A DNA stretch of 37,970 nucleotides from Thermoanaerobaculia bacterium (lineage in GTDB: Bacteria; Acidobacteriota; Thermoanaerobaculia; Multivoradales; JAGPDF01). The position numbers and the translations under genes are program-made. The stretch's first letter is position 1; each line of letters opens with the position of its first letter. Location: positions 1 through 37,970 of the forward strand of contig JBGARM010000001.1 in the NCBI GenBank assembly GCA_044230215.1. The letters run 5' to 3'. Below the pieces are notes generated by a model that saw nothing but the letters and a program-made list of their open reading frames with translations, was not told the DNA's origin and did no database searches. Shown in pieces: positions 21,904-29,898 of this stretch.

Positions 21904-23244
21904 TCAGGCCAGCAGGGCGGCTCCGCCGGCGGCGAGCAGGGCTCCGGCGAGGCTGTTGAGGAAGTTGACCGCCTCGTTGTCGAGCAGACCACGCTTCTCC
22001 AGCGTCGCGCCGACGACACTTTCGAGTGTCGTGGCGACGAAGGCGGCGACGACGACGGCAGCGATCCCGATCGCCGGGTAGAGCCCGAGGGCGGCGCCCA
22101 GGCCGGCGAGCAAGAGCGCGGCCGCCATTCCCGCGGCGGTGCCCTCGAGCGAGACAGCGCCGTCGGTGCCGCGCGGCACGGCGCGAAGGGTGGTGATGAG
22201 GTAGGTGCGACGGCCGAAGGCCTTGCCGACCTCGGACGACACCGTGTCGAAAGCAGCGGTGGCGAAAGCGCCGGCGAGCGCGAGCGCAAACAGTGTGGGA
22301 TAGGCGGTCGTGGCGGCGAAGATCGCGGCCAGCGCCGGAATCGACGTCTTCGACAGCGCGTTGCCCGGCCCGCGCCGGCCGCCCTTCTCCTGCGCGATCC
22401 CGGCCGCTGCCTTGCGGGCGTAACCGAGCTTGGTCGCCGCCGTACCGAGGACGAAGAAGGCAAAGAGCAGGGCGAACGACGCGCCGCCACCGAAGGCCCA
22501 GATCGTCGTGCCGAGGAAGATCCCGACCGCTGCGCCCGCGCGTCCCACACCCTTCGTCGCATAGGCAGCCACGGCGAGCACGATGTTCACCGCCAGGCCG
22601 ATCGCCAGGCCGCGCACGAAGGCCGGAGAGCCGACGACCGCCCAGTTTCCCTGGGTGAGCGTGAGGCAGTAGAGCACTGCGGCGGTGACCAGCGGCACGC
22701 CGAGATTGTCGTCGAGCCCCAGGGGCTGCGACTCGAGGAGCGCCGCGAAGAGCGCGGCGGCGAAGGCGATGGCGACGGCGAAGACGAAGCCGTAGCGACC
22801 GGGTGCGGACCACAGGAGCAGGATCGCCGCGGCGAGAGTGCCGAAGAGAACGAACGCCAAGGACCCGGCCCAGCTCTTGGCCGGATTCCAGGGCAGCCGA
22901 CGTCGCCCGATCGCCATGCCGACAATCGACGCCATGCCGTCGCCGAAGGCGAGGATCCCCCAGGTCGCGGCGGCCACCTCGAGGCGGCGCGCAAAGACGA
23001 CGATCAGCAGCAACACGGCGATCGGGTAGAGGACGATGCCGAGGGCGAAGCCGCTCTGCGTCTCGCCTTCGCGCCAGAGCGAGCGGCCGCCGATGCGCGG
23101 CAGCACGAACGCGTTGAAGAGAACGGCGGTGAGCGCCGCCAAGGCGGCAAGCGGAGCCCCCAACGGCCGCACGGCGAAGGCGAAACCGCCAACCGCCATG
23201 TGCACCGCCTTGCGGCCGAGCTCTCCCGGCGTCAGGCCGGCCAT
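21904..23244 (-). CDS. Fusion protein: polyprenol/phytol-kinase-like domain (CTP-transferase-1 superfamily, VTE5/dolichol-kinase type) + DUF92/TMEM19 domain (VTE6 phytyl-phosphate-kinase type)
   Basis: N-terminal half: GRKAVHMAVGG and FGDGMASIVGMAIGRRRLPWNPAKSWAGSLAF. C-terminal half: GTAATKLGYARKAAAGIAQEKGGRRGPGNALSK, FDTVSSEVGKAFG and PRGTDGAVSLEGTAAG. The start is taken as ATG 23244, but ATG 23199 is also possible. Confidence 0.72.
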   Translation of the reverse strand: MAGLTPGELGRKAVHMAVGGFAFAVRPLGAPLAALAALTAVLFNAFVLPRIGGRSLWREGETQSGFALGIVLYPIAVLLLIVVFARRLEVAAATWGILAFGDGMASIVGMAIGRRRLPWNPAKSWAGSLAFVLFGTLAAAILLLWSAPGRYGFVFAVAIAFAAALFAALLESQPLGLDDNLGVPLVTAAVLYCLTLTQGNWAVVGSPAFVRGLAIGLAVNIVLAVAAYATKGVGRAGAAVGIFLGTTIWAFGGGASFALLFAFFVLGTAATKLGYARKAAAGIAQEKGGRRGPGNALSKTSIPALAAIFAATTAYPTLFALALAGAFATAAFDTVSSEVGKAFGRRTYLITTLRAVPRGTDGAVSLEGTAAGMAAALLLAGLGAALGLYPAIGIAAVVVAAFVATTLESVVGATLEKRGLLDNEAVNFLNSLAGALLAAGGAALLA

Positions 23245-24230
23245 GCACCCGTCTCCCGGAGCCAGGCGAGCGTCGCCTCGAGCCCGGCGCGGAGGCTCCG
23301 CGGGCGATGGCCGATCTCGGCGATCGCGGTCGCCGAGTCGTAGGCCCAATCATGGCGGTAGATCTCCACCAGGTCGGGCGTGAGCCGCGGCACGCCGCCG
23401 GTGAGGCGCGCCCAGGCCTTCATGGCCGCACCGCTCGCCGTCGCCACGAAGTCCGGCATGCGCAGCCGCGGCACGCGAATGCCGCCGAGCTCGGCTACCT
23501 GGCGATAGAGCTCGCCCTGGGTGACGTTCTCTCCACCGAGCATGTAGCGGCGGCCGGTGGGCCCCTGTTCGAGGGTCGCGACGATGCCGGCAGCGACATC
23601 GTCGACGAAGACATAGTTCCAGCGCCGCTCGGCCTTGCCCACCAGCGCCGGCAGGCGGCCGTGCGCCAGATCGAGGAGGTGGCGCACGAGGATGTTGCCT
23701 TCCGTGAGCTCGCCGGGACCGTAGATCACCCCGGGATAGACGACCGACAGCGGCGCGCCCTCGGCGATGGCGCGCCGGGCGCCCATGTCGGAGATCGTCT
23801 TGGTGCGCTGGTAGTCGTTGATCCAGGTCCGCGGCCTGCTCTCGGCCCGCTCGTCGAGCTCGCCTCCGGCGGCACCTTCGGTCGGACCGAGGGCGATGAA
23901 GCTCGAGACGTAGACGACCCTGGCGACCCTCGCCTCGGCGGCCGCCGCCAGGACGTTCTCGAGTCCGCCGATGTTGACGCGGTCGAACTCCGCCGCCGGG
24001 GCGTCGATCTTGACCAGCGCCGCGGCGTGCAGCACGGCGTCGCAGCCGGCAGCGCCGGAGGCGAGGCTCGGCAGGTCGGTGACGTCGCCGGCGACGAAGT
24101 CGACGCCCGCCGGAAAGCGCTCGCGCGACGCCCCCGGACGCACGAGTAGACGAAGCTCGTGGCGCGGCGCCAGCGCGGCGACAGTCCGGCGACCGAGGAA
24201 CCCGGTCGCTCCGGTGACCAGGATCTTCAT
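23232..24230 (-). CDS. NAD(P)-dependent epimerase/dehydratase/reductase (extended SDR)
   Basis: MKILVTGATGFLGRRTV Rossmann motif. Catalytic YQRTK. The ATG at 24230 overlaps the upstream stop (ATGA). Confidence 0.85.
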   Translation of the reverse strand: MKILVTGATGFLGRRTVAALAPRHELRLLVRPGASRERFPAGVDFVAGDVTDLPSLASGAAGCDAVLHAAALVKIDAPAAEFDRVNIGGLENVLAAAAEARVARVVYVSSFIALGPTEGAAGGELDERAESRPRTWINDYQRTKTISDMGARRAIAEGAPLSVVYPGVIYGPGELTEGNILVRHLLDLAHGRLPALVGKAERRWNYVFVDDVAAGIVATLEQGPTGRRYMLGGENVTQGELYRQVAELGGIRVPRLRMPDFVATASGAAMKAWARLTGGVPRLTPDLVEIYRHDWAYDSATAIAEIGHRPRSLRAGLEATLAWLRETGAWPA

Positions 24231-25204
24231 GCGGCTGGCCCTCCTGCCGAAGGCACCGCCCGATCGCGATGGGCGCGTGCTTCGCAGAACAGGTCCGCGA
24301 GCGCCGCGTCGACGCCGCGCTCGGGCTCCCAGCCCAGCGCCCGCAGGCGCGAAGCGTCGCCGCAAAGGCGCGGCACATCGACCGGGCGCAGCTTCTCCGG
24401 GTCTTCGGCGCAGCGCACCTCGAGACCCGACAGGGCGATCAGGCGTCCCAGCAGCTCGGCAATCGAATGGTCGACGCCGCTCGCCAGGTTGAGGACTGTC
24501 CCGGGTTGCGGCTCCTCCGCGAGGAGGGCCAGCGCCGCGACGGCGTCATCGACATGCAGGAAGTCGCGGCGCGCGGAGAGATTGCCGACCGAGAGCAGTG
24601 GCGGTGCGCCGTGCTCGATCGCCGCGAGCTGCGCCGCGAAGGAGGGTAGCGCGAAGCTCGCTGCCTGACCGGCGCCGATCAGGTTGAACGAGCGCACGAC
24701 CGTGGCGCCGGCGGCGAGCGCCAGGCGCTCGGCCGATGCCTTGGTCAGCGCATACGGGTTGCGCGGCGAGAGCGGCCGAAGCTCGGAGATCGGCTGCGCC
24801 TCGTCCGGCACCAGACCGTAGACCTCGGCGCTCGACATGAAGAGCACCGGGCAGCCGCGGGCGGCCGCCAGGATGTGCTCCACGCCGAGCACGTTGATGG
24901 CGAAGTACTCCGGAATCCGCCGCCACGATTCGCCGACATGCGAAAGCGCCGCGAGGTGCACGATGCGATCGGGAGCGAAGCGGTCGACCGCCGCGGCCAT
25001 TGCCGCGGCGTCGCGCACGTCGACCGCGAAGCGATCGGCCGAAAACGGCAGCTCTTGCTGGTCGATCGCCACCGCGCCAACCCGATGGCCCTGCGCCGCG
25101 AGCCGCCCCGCCAATCGCCGCCCCACGAAGCCGGTGGCACCGGTGACGAGGATGCGGGAGGTCACGGGACGGGACTCGGACGGCGGCGGCTCTTGGAAAG
25201 GCAA
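24227..25204 (-). CDS. rmd: GDP-4-keto-6-deoxy-D-mannose reductase-like SDR (Rmd-like)
   Basis: ILVTGATGFVGRRL, YALTK, SFNLIGAGQ and SVGNLSARRDFLHVDD resemble Rmd. It sits directly downstream of gmd. The start is uncertain: TTG 25204 or GTG 25165. Confidence 0.7.
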   Translation of the reverse strand: MPFQEPPPSESRPVTSRILVTGATGFVGRRLAGRLAAQGHRVGAVAIDQQELPFSADRFAVDVRDAAAMAAAVDRFAPDRIVHLAALSHVGESWRRIPEYFAINVLGVEHILAAARGCPVLFMSSAEVYGLVPDEAQPISELRPLSPRNPYALTKASAERLALAAGATVVRSFNLIGAGQAASFALPSFAAQLAAIEHGAPPLLSVGNLSARRDFLHVDDAVAALALLAEEPQPGTVLNLASGVDHSIAELLGRLIALSGLEVRCAEDPEKLRPVDVPRLCGDASRLRALGWEPERGVDAALADLFCEARAHRDRAVPSAGGPAA

Positions 25205-25211
25205 CCGCGCG

Positions 25212-26180
25212 CTACTTTCGCGCGATGCGCTGACGCCAGTAGTTGAGCAGGTCTTCGAGCGTCTGGTCGAACGGGATCTGCGGCTCCCAGCCGGTATCGG
25301 CGTGGAACTTCGAATAGTCGCCGATCAGCACTTCGACGTCCGAGGGACGCAGCCGCGCCGGGTCGGTCTCGACCTTCACTTCCACCTTCGCCAGGGCGAT
25401 GAGCTTGTCGAGCATCGCGCGGATGGTGATCGCCTTTCCCGAAGCCAGGTTGTAGACCTCGCCCGGCTTGCCCTTCTCCGTCGCCAGGACGTAGCCGCGC
25501 ACCATGTCGCGCACGTCGGTGAAGTCCCGCACCGCGTCGAGATTGCCGACCTTGATGATCGGGGCGGCCTTGCCGGCCTCGATCGTCGCCACCTGCCTGG
25601 CGAAGTTCGAGGTCACGAAAACCTCGCCGCGGCGCGGGCCGGTGTGGTTGAAGCCGCGCGTCCGGATCGCGCGGATCCCGTAGCTCATGAAGTACTGATA
25701 GGCGAGAAAATCCTGCGTCACCTTGGAGACCGCATAGGGCGACAGCGGCCGCAGCGGGTTGGTCTCCTTGATCGGCACTTCGTTCGGCAGCACCAGTCCG
25801 TACTCCTCCGAGGAGCAGGCGATCTGGATTGCCGGATCGAGGCCGAGCGAGCGCACCGCCTCGAAGATGTTGGTCTGGCCGGAGATGTTGTCGGTCAGCG
25901 TCTGCAGCGGCGACACCCAGGACGACGGCACGAAGCTCTGTGCCGCAAGGTGGTAGATCGCGTCGGGTCGGCTGGCCTCGAGGGCGTTGCGCACCGCGGT
26001 CATGTCGGAGAGATCGCACTCCAGAAGGCGGATCCTGCCCTCGATCGCCTCGATGTTCTCGCGCCGGCTGCGCCAGCGATAGGTGCCGAAGACCTCGACT
26101 CCCGGGCGATCGGCGAGGAAGTGCTCGGCGAGATGCGAACCCGCGAAGCCGGTGATGCCGGTGATCAGTACGCGTTGCAT
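25212..26180 (-). CDS. gmd: GDP-mannose 4,6-dehydratase (short bacterial type)
   Basis: VLITGITGFAGSHLAE, SPYAVSK, GFNHTGPRRGEVFVTSNFARQVA and VGNLDAVRDFTDVRD. AAGGAG RBS upstream of ATG 26180. Confidence 0.85.
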   Translation of the reverse strand: MQRVLITGITGFAGSHLAEHFLADRPGVEVFGTYRWRSRRENIEAIEGRIRLLECDLSDMTAVRNALEASRPDAIYHLAAQSFVPSSWVSPLQTLTDNISGQTNIFEAVRSLGLDPAIQIACSSEEYGLVLPNEVPIKETNPLRPLSPYAVSKVTQDFLAYQYFMSYGIRAIRTRGFNHTGPRRGEVFVTSNFARQVATIEAGKAAPIIKVGNLDAVRDFTDVRDMVRGYVLATEKGKPGEVYNLASGKAITIRAMLDKLIALAKVEVKVETDPARLRPSDVEVLIGDYSKFHADTGWEPQIPFDQTLEDLLNYWRQRIARK

Positions 26181-26196
26181 TCAGCTGCTCCTTTGT

Positions 26197-27039
26197 CTAA
26201 GTCCCAAGGTGACTGGTGAGCCCTTCGTGCCAGGACTCGACGGTGCGCCCCGCAAGTTTCTCGAAACGATCGACCGCCAGCACCGAATACGCCGGCCGCG
26301 GCGCCGGCCGCGGCGCTTCCGCGGTGGTGATCGGAGTGACCTCGATCCCCGGTCCGAGCCGCCGCGCGATCTCCCTGGCGAACTCGCACCAGGAGACTGC
26401 CGGCCGATTCTGATAGTGCACCAGCCCGGTGGTGCCCCATTCTCCCAGATCCGACACGGCCGTGGCCAGGAAGGGGGCCCAGGTGGGGGCGCCGAACTGG
26501 TCGTCGACGACACGGAAGCTCTTCTGCCCGCTGCGGATGCGGCCGGCGATCGTGTCGACGAAGTTCGCCCCTCCCCGGCCGAAGACCCAGCTGGTCCGGA
26601 CGACCAGCGACCGGTCGCTCGCCAGCGCCTGGCGCTCGCCCTCGAGCTTGCTCCGGCCGTAGCTCGACTGCGGCGCGGTCGGATGGTCCTCGGTGTAGGG
26701 CGCGGTCGCGCGGCCGTCGAAAACGTAATCGGTGGAAAGGTGGATGAGCCGGGCGCCGGACGCCTCCGCCGCGCGGACGAGATCTCCGACCGCGGCGCCG
26801 TTGACCGCGAGAGCGCGCTCCGGCTCGGCTTCGCAGAGATCGACCTGGGTGAACGCAGCGCAGTTGACGATCAGCGCCGGCCGGAAGGCCGTGCAGATCT
26901 CGTCGATGCGAGCGCGGTCGGTGACATCGCCCTGGCCGTGCGAGAGTCCGAGCACCGGCCAGCCGCGGCTGCGCGCGTCCTGCAGCAGCTGCCGATAGAA
27001 CGGCGCATCGACGTCGCCGTCGTCGAGCCACGCCCGCAC
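26197..27039 (-). CDS. dTDP-4-dehydrorhamnose reductase (RmlD)-like protein with a degenerate N-terminal dinucleotide-binding motif
   Basis: IVNCAAFTQVD, HLSTDYVFDG, YGRSKLEGE, RTSWVFG and DDQFGAPT are colinear with RmlD. The proposed GTG start at 27039 gives a normal length, but the GxxGxxG position reads LDDGDVDAPF. Confidence 0.65.
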   Translation of the reverse strand: MRAWLDDGDVDAPFYRQLLQDARSRGWPVLGLSHGQGDVTDRARIDEICTAFRPALIVNCAAFTQVDLCEAEPERALAVNGAAVGDLVRAAEASGARLIHLSTDYVFDGRATAPYTEDHPTAPQSSYGRSKLEGERQALASDRSLVVRTSWVFGRGGANFVDTIAGRIRSGQKSFRVVDDQFGAPTWAPFLATAVSDLGEWGTTGLVHYQNRPAVSWCEFAREIARRLGPGIEVTPITTAEAPRPAPRPAYSVLAVDRFEKLAGRTVESWHEGLTSHLGT

Positions 27040-27126
27040 GGTGAACGCGGCGGTGCCCTCGCGCGTACCTGCCCAGCAGTACGACGCCTGCTCGCCGAGC
27101 GGCTGGAGGAGATCGCGCCGGCGGAA

Positions 27127-27768
27127 GTGCGGCAGCTCTTCCGGAATCCCTTCCTGACCGGGGAGCAGATCGATCGCCTGCTGTCCTCGAATCGCCTCCT
27201 TTCCGCCTACGAAGTCCGCATGGAGGCGGCGCGCCATCCGCGGACGCCCCAGCTCGCCGCACTGCGGTTCATCCCCGGTCTCTACTGGGCGGATCTGGTC
27301 CGTATCGGCCTCGACATGCGGCTCCATCCGGTCGTCCGGAGGGCGGCGGAGACCCGACTGGTCGAGCGTCTGCCGGCGCTCTCGGTCGGCGAGAAGATGG
27401 CCATCGCACGCAGCGCGGCGCCAGGCGTACTGGCGACGCTGCGCAACGATCCGACGCCGCGGGTCATTGCCGCGCTGCTCGAGAACCCCCGTCTCACCGA
27501 AGGCCTGCTGTTGCCGCTCCTGGCCTCGGAGGGGGCGTCGCCGTCGGTGCTGGGCGTGGTCGCCGGCAGCCCGAAATGGAGCGTGCGCTATCCGGTCCGT
27601 CTCGCCCTCTGCCAGAACACCCGCACGCCTCTCGACCGGGTCCTGCTCCTGCTGCCGCTGCTCAAGCGCGGCGATCTCTGCAGCGTGGCGGCGAATCCGC
27701 ACCTCCGGCTGCCGGTGCGCCGCCGGGCGCAGCTCCTGGCCCGCGGCGGCCAGGAACTGCGAATTTGA
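27127..27768 (+). CDS. Hypothetical all-alpha repeat protein (paralog of the C-terminal half of 28880-29896)
   Basis: 3' third of ORF 26083-27768. Repeated NP-containing helical units (LENPRLTEGLLLPLL, LALCQNTRTPLDRVLLLLPLLKRGDL, ANPHLRLPVRRRA). Start uncertain: GTG 27127 lies 15 nt after GGAGGAG, and ATG 27220 is also possible. Confidence 0.5.
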   Translation: MRQLFRNPFLTGEQIDRLLSSNRLLSAYEVRMEAARHPRTPQLAALRFIPGLYWADLVRIGLDMRLHPVVRRAAETRLVERLPALSVGEKMAIARSAAPGVLATLRNDPTPRVIAALLENPRLTEGLLLPLLASEGASPSVLGVVAGSPKWSVRYPVRLALCQNTRTPLDRVLLLLPLLKRGDLCSVAANPHLRLPVRRRAQLLARGGQELRI

Positions 27769-27827
27769 CCCCGATGGACGGGACTCGATACCCTAGTCCG
27801 TCCGGCAGCAAACCTCCCGGTACCGGC

Positions 27828-28874
27828 ATGAGCCAGCCCGTCTCCGAAGAAACGTCGAAGTCAGCCGAAGCGTCCACTGGCCAGAGCCCGAGCCCTTCGT
27901 TCGGCGCCTGGCTGCGGCACCAGCGTGAGGCCCGCAGCGTGTCGATGCGCGAGATCGCCGACAACAGCAAGATCAGCCTGCGCTACCTCGAAGCTCTCGA
28001 ACAGGACCGTTTCGACGTCCTGCCGGCACCGGTCTTCGCGCGCGGGTTCCTGCGCGAGTACGCGCGAGTCGTGGGGCTCAATCCTGACGAGGTCGTGAAC
28101 CTCTATCTCGTCGCCGTCGAGGAGCGCGCCGAGGGCACCCGAAGGGTCGAGCGCGCCAAACCGGTGCGCGCCGAGAGCCTGAGCTCGGCCCCGTCCTCGC
28201 TCGGCTACGGCCTGCTCCTCGGCCTCGCGGTCGTTCTCTTCGTCGGCATCGCGGCCCTGCTTTCGTTCCTCGCCGAGCGCCGTCGCGGCGTTCCCACGGA
28301 ATCCAAGCTCGTAGCTCCGGCGACGATGGTTGCGCCGGCCGAAAGCGTCCCGGCCCCTGCTGCGCTCGTGCCCCCGCCCGCGGTCGAACCGGGGAGCATG
28401 GCAGGAGATTCGACCGGTGCGGCAGCGGCAGCGCCGGCCGCCGGAGCTCCGACGCCTTCCGAGGCTTCCGCCAAGGGGCCCGCTCCCGCCGCCGCGGTCG
28501 CCGCCGACGGCGCTCCCCCCGCTGTTGCCGGCCCCTTCCGCGTCGTCCTCAATTTCAGCCAGGACTGCTGGATGGAGTCGGTGGTCGACGGTATCCGTCG
28601 CACCAGCGAGCTCAAGGCCGCCGGAGAGACGGTCCAGCTCGAGGCCTTCCAGGCGGTCGTGCTCACTCTCGGCAACTCCCGCGCCCTGACCGTCGAAGTC
28701 GACGGCGTGCCGTTCGCCCTGCCCGAGAACTCGACCCGGGTCGTGCGGGACCTGAGGATCGAGCGCCCCGTGCGTCCCAGCCCGGTTTCCGGAGCTGCGA
28801 CGCCGCCTCGCCCCGGACTCACCGTCCCAGCTTCCGGCCGCAGCCCCGCCGATCCTCCGCCGGTCCGTCGCTGA
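27828..28874 (+). CDS. rodZ: RodZ-like cytoskeleton/cell-shape protein (XRE-type HTH, TM helix, DUF4115-like C-terminal domain)
   Basis: HTH region FGAWLRHQREARSVSMREIADNSKISLRYLEALEQDRFDVLPAPVFARGFLREYA. TM helix GLLLGLAVVLFVGIAALLSFL. Ala/Pro linker. C-terminal beta domain (FRVVLNFSQDCWMESVVDG...LTLGNSRALTVEVDG). Confidence 0.8.
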   Translation: MSQPVSEETSKSAEASTGQSPSPSFGAWLRHQREARSVSMREIADNSKISLRYLEALEQDRFDVLPAPVFARGFLREYARVVGLNPDEVVNLYLVAVEERAEGTRRVERAKPVRAESLSSAPSSLGYGLLLGLAVVLFVGIAALLSFLAERRRGVPTESKLVAPATMVAPAESVPAPAALVPPPAVEPGSMAGDSTGAAAAAPAAGAPTPSEASAKGPAPAAAVAADGAPPAVAGPFRVVLNFSQDCWMESVVDGIRRTSELKAAGETVQLEAFQAVVLTLGNSRALTVEVDGVPFALPENSTRVVRDLRIERPVRPSPVSGAATPPRPGLTVPASGRSPADPPPVRR

Positions 28875-28879
28875 CGCCC

Positions 28880-29896
28880 GTGGCGTCGACCCACCCGCTC
28901 GTCGAGCAGGTCCGGTCCGGTGTGAGCCGCGAGCTGCAGCTGCTGGCGGCGCAGGGGATTCTGCCGCTCTCGGCGCAGGATCTCATTCCGCTCCAGGTCG
29001 AGCTCACCGAATCCGAAAGCCCGGAGATCTCGGGCTACGCCAGATCCTCCCTCGAAGAGCTCGACCCCAAGCTCGCCGCGACGTTCGTCGAGACCGAGGC
29101 CTCCGAGGAGGTGCTGGGGTACTTCGCCACCAACCCGACTCACCCGTTCGTCCTCGAGGCGCTCATGCGCCGTCGGGACGTCCCCCGCTTCCTGCTCGTC
29201 GATCTCGCCGGGAGGCTCCCCCCGGATCTGCAGGAGAGCCTGCTGCTGCGGCAGGACGCGATCATCGAAGAACCGGAGATTCTGGTCGCGCTCGAGGCCA
29301 ACCCCGAGGTCTCGGTCTACGCGCGGCGCAAGATCGTCGAGTATCGCGAGCACCTCTTGCCGCGCCAGCCGCAGGTCGTCGAGGCCGGTTTCTCGGACCT
29401 CCAGCACATCGAGCTCGCGCCGGAGGACCTGGCGGCGATCGAGAAGGCAAAAGACCTGCCGGCGATGGGCGAGCGCGACGAGAAGACGGGCCTCTCGGAG
29501 AGCCAGATCCGCGTCCTGCCGGTGCCGCTGAAGATCAAGCTGACCCGCGGCGCCTCGCGGACGCTGCGGGCCATCCTGATCCGGGACACGAACCAGTCGG
29601 TGGCGCTCTCGGTAGTCAACAACGCGGCGATGAGCGACGACGAGATCGCCCAGGTCGCGGCCAGCCGCTCGGTCATCGACGAAGTCCTGACCGTCATCTC
29701 GCGGCGTCGGGAGTGGCTGGCGAAATACAAGATCTGCCTGGCGCTGGCGAAGAACCCGCGCATCCCCGTCGGGGTGGCGGTGAAGCTGCTGCCCAAGCTC
29801 TCGGTCCGCGACCTGCGTGCCATGTCCAAGGATCGCAACGTTTCCGACGCCGTGCGGTCCTCGGCAGGGCGGTTGTATAGAATCAAGACCAAGTAG
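28880..29896 (+). CDS. Hypothetical all-alpha repeat protein (HEAT/LRV-like NP repeats)
   Basis: GTG start 6 nt after the rodZ stop. 338 aa. Repeats such as ATNPTHPFVLEALMRRRDVP, EANPEVSVYARRKIVEY and LALAKNPRIPVGVAVKLLPKLSVRDL. The C-terminal roughly 120 aa are colinear with 27127-27768. Confidence 0.7.
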   Translation: MASTHPLVEQVRSGVSRELQLLAAQGILPLSAQDLIPLQVELTESESPEISGYARSSLEELDPKLAATFVETEASEEVLGYFATNPTHPFVLEALMRRRDVPRFLLVDLAGRLPPDLQESLLLRQDAIIEEPEILVALEANPEVSVYARRKIVEYREHLLPRQPQVVEAGFSDLQHIELAPEDLAAIEKAKDLPAMGERDEKTGLSESQIRVLPVPLKIKLTRGASRTLRAILIRDTNQSVALSVVNNAAMSDDEIAQVAASRSVIDEVLTVISRRREWLAKYKICLALAKNPRIPVGVAVKLLPKLSVRDLRAMSKDRNVSDAVRSSAGRLYRIKTK

Positions 29897-29898
29897 GT

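Noticed and set aside
18478-23353. Run-on ORFs 18478-20778 (766 aa) and 20297-23353 (1018 aa)
   Set aside because: Only their 3' portions are genuine: vapC (18478-18903) and the GT39 enzyme (20297-21838). The upstream parts run out of frame through the UbiA and DUF92-fusion genes.
26083-27126. 5' two-thirds of the 561-aa plus-strand ORF overlapping gmd and the RmlD-like gene
   Set aside because: This part is antisense to recognisable SDR genes and has Arg/Pro/Gly-rich composition. Only the 3' third (from about 27127) has protein-like repeat structure and paralogy to 28880-29896.
28300-28560. Ala/Pro-rich repetitive stretch inside rodZ as a possible tandem DNA repeat
   Set aside because: I could see no exact nucleotide periodicity. 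It reads as a low-complexity linker between the TM helix and the C-terminal domain, as is common in RodZ proteins.
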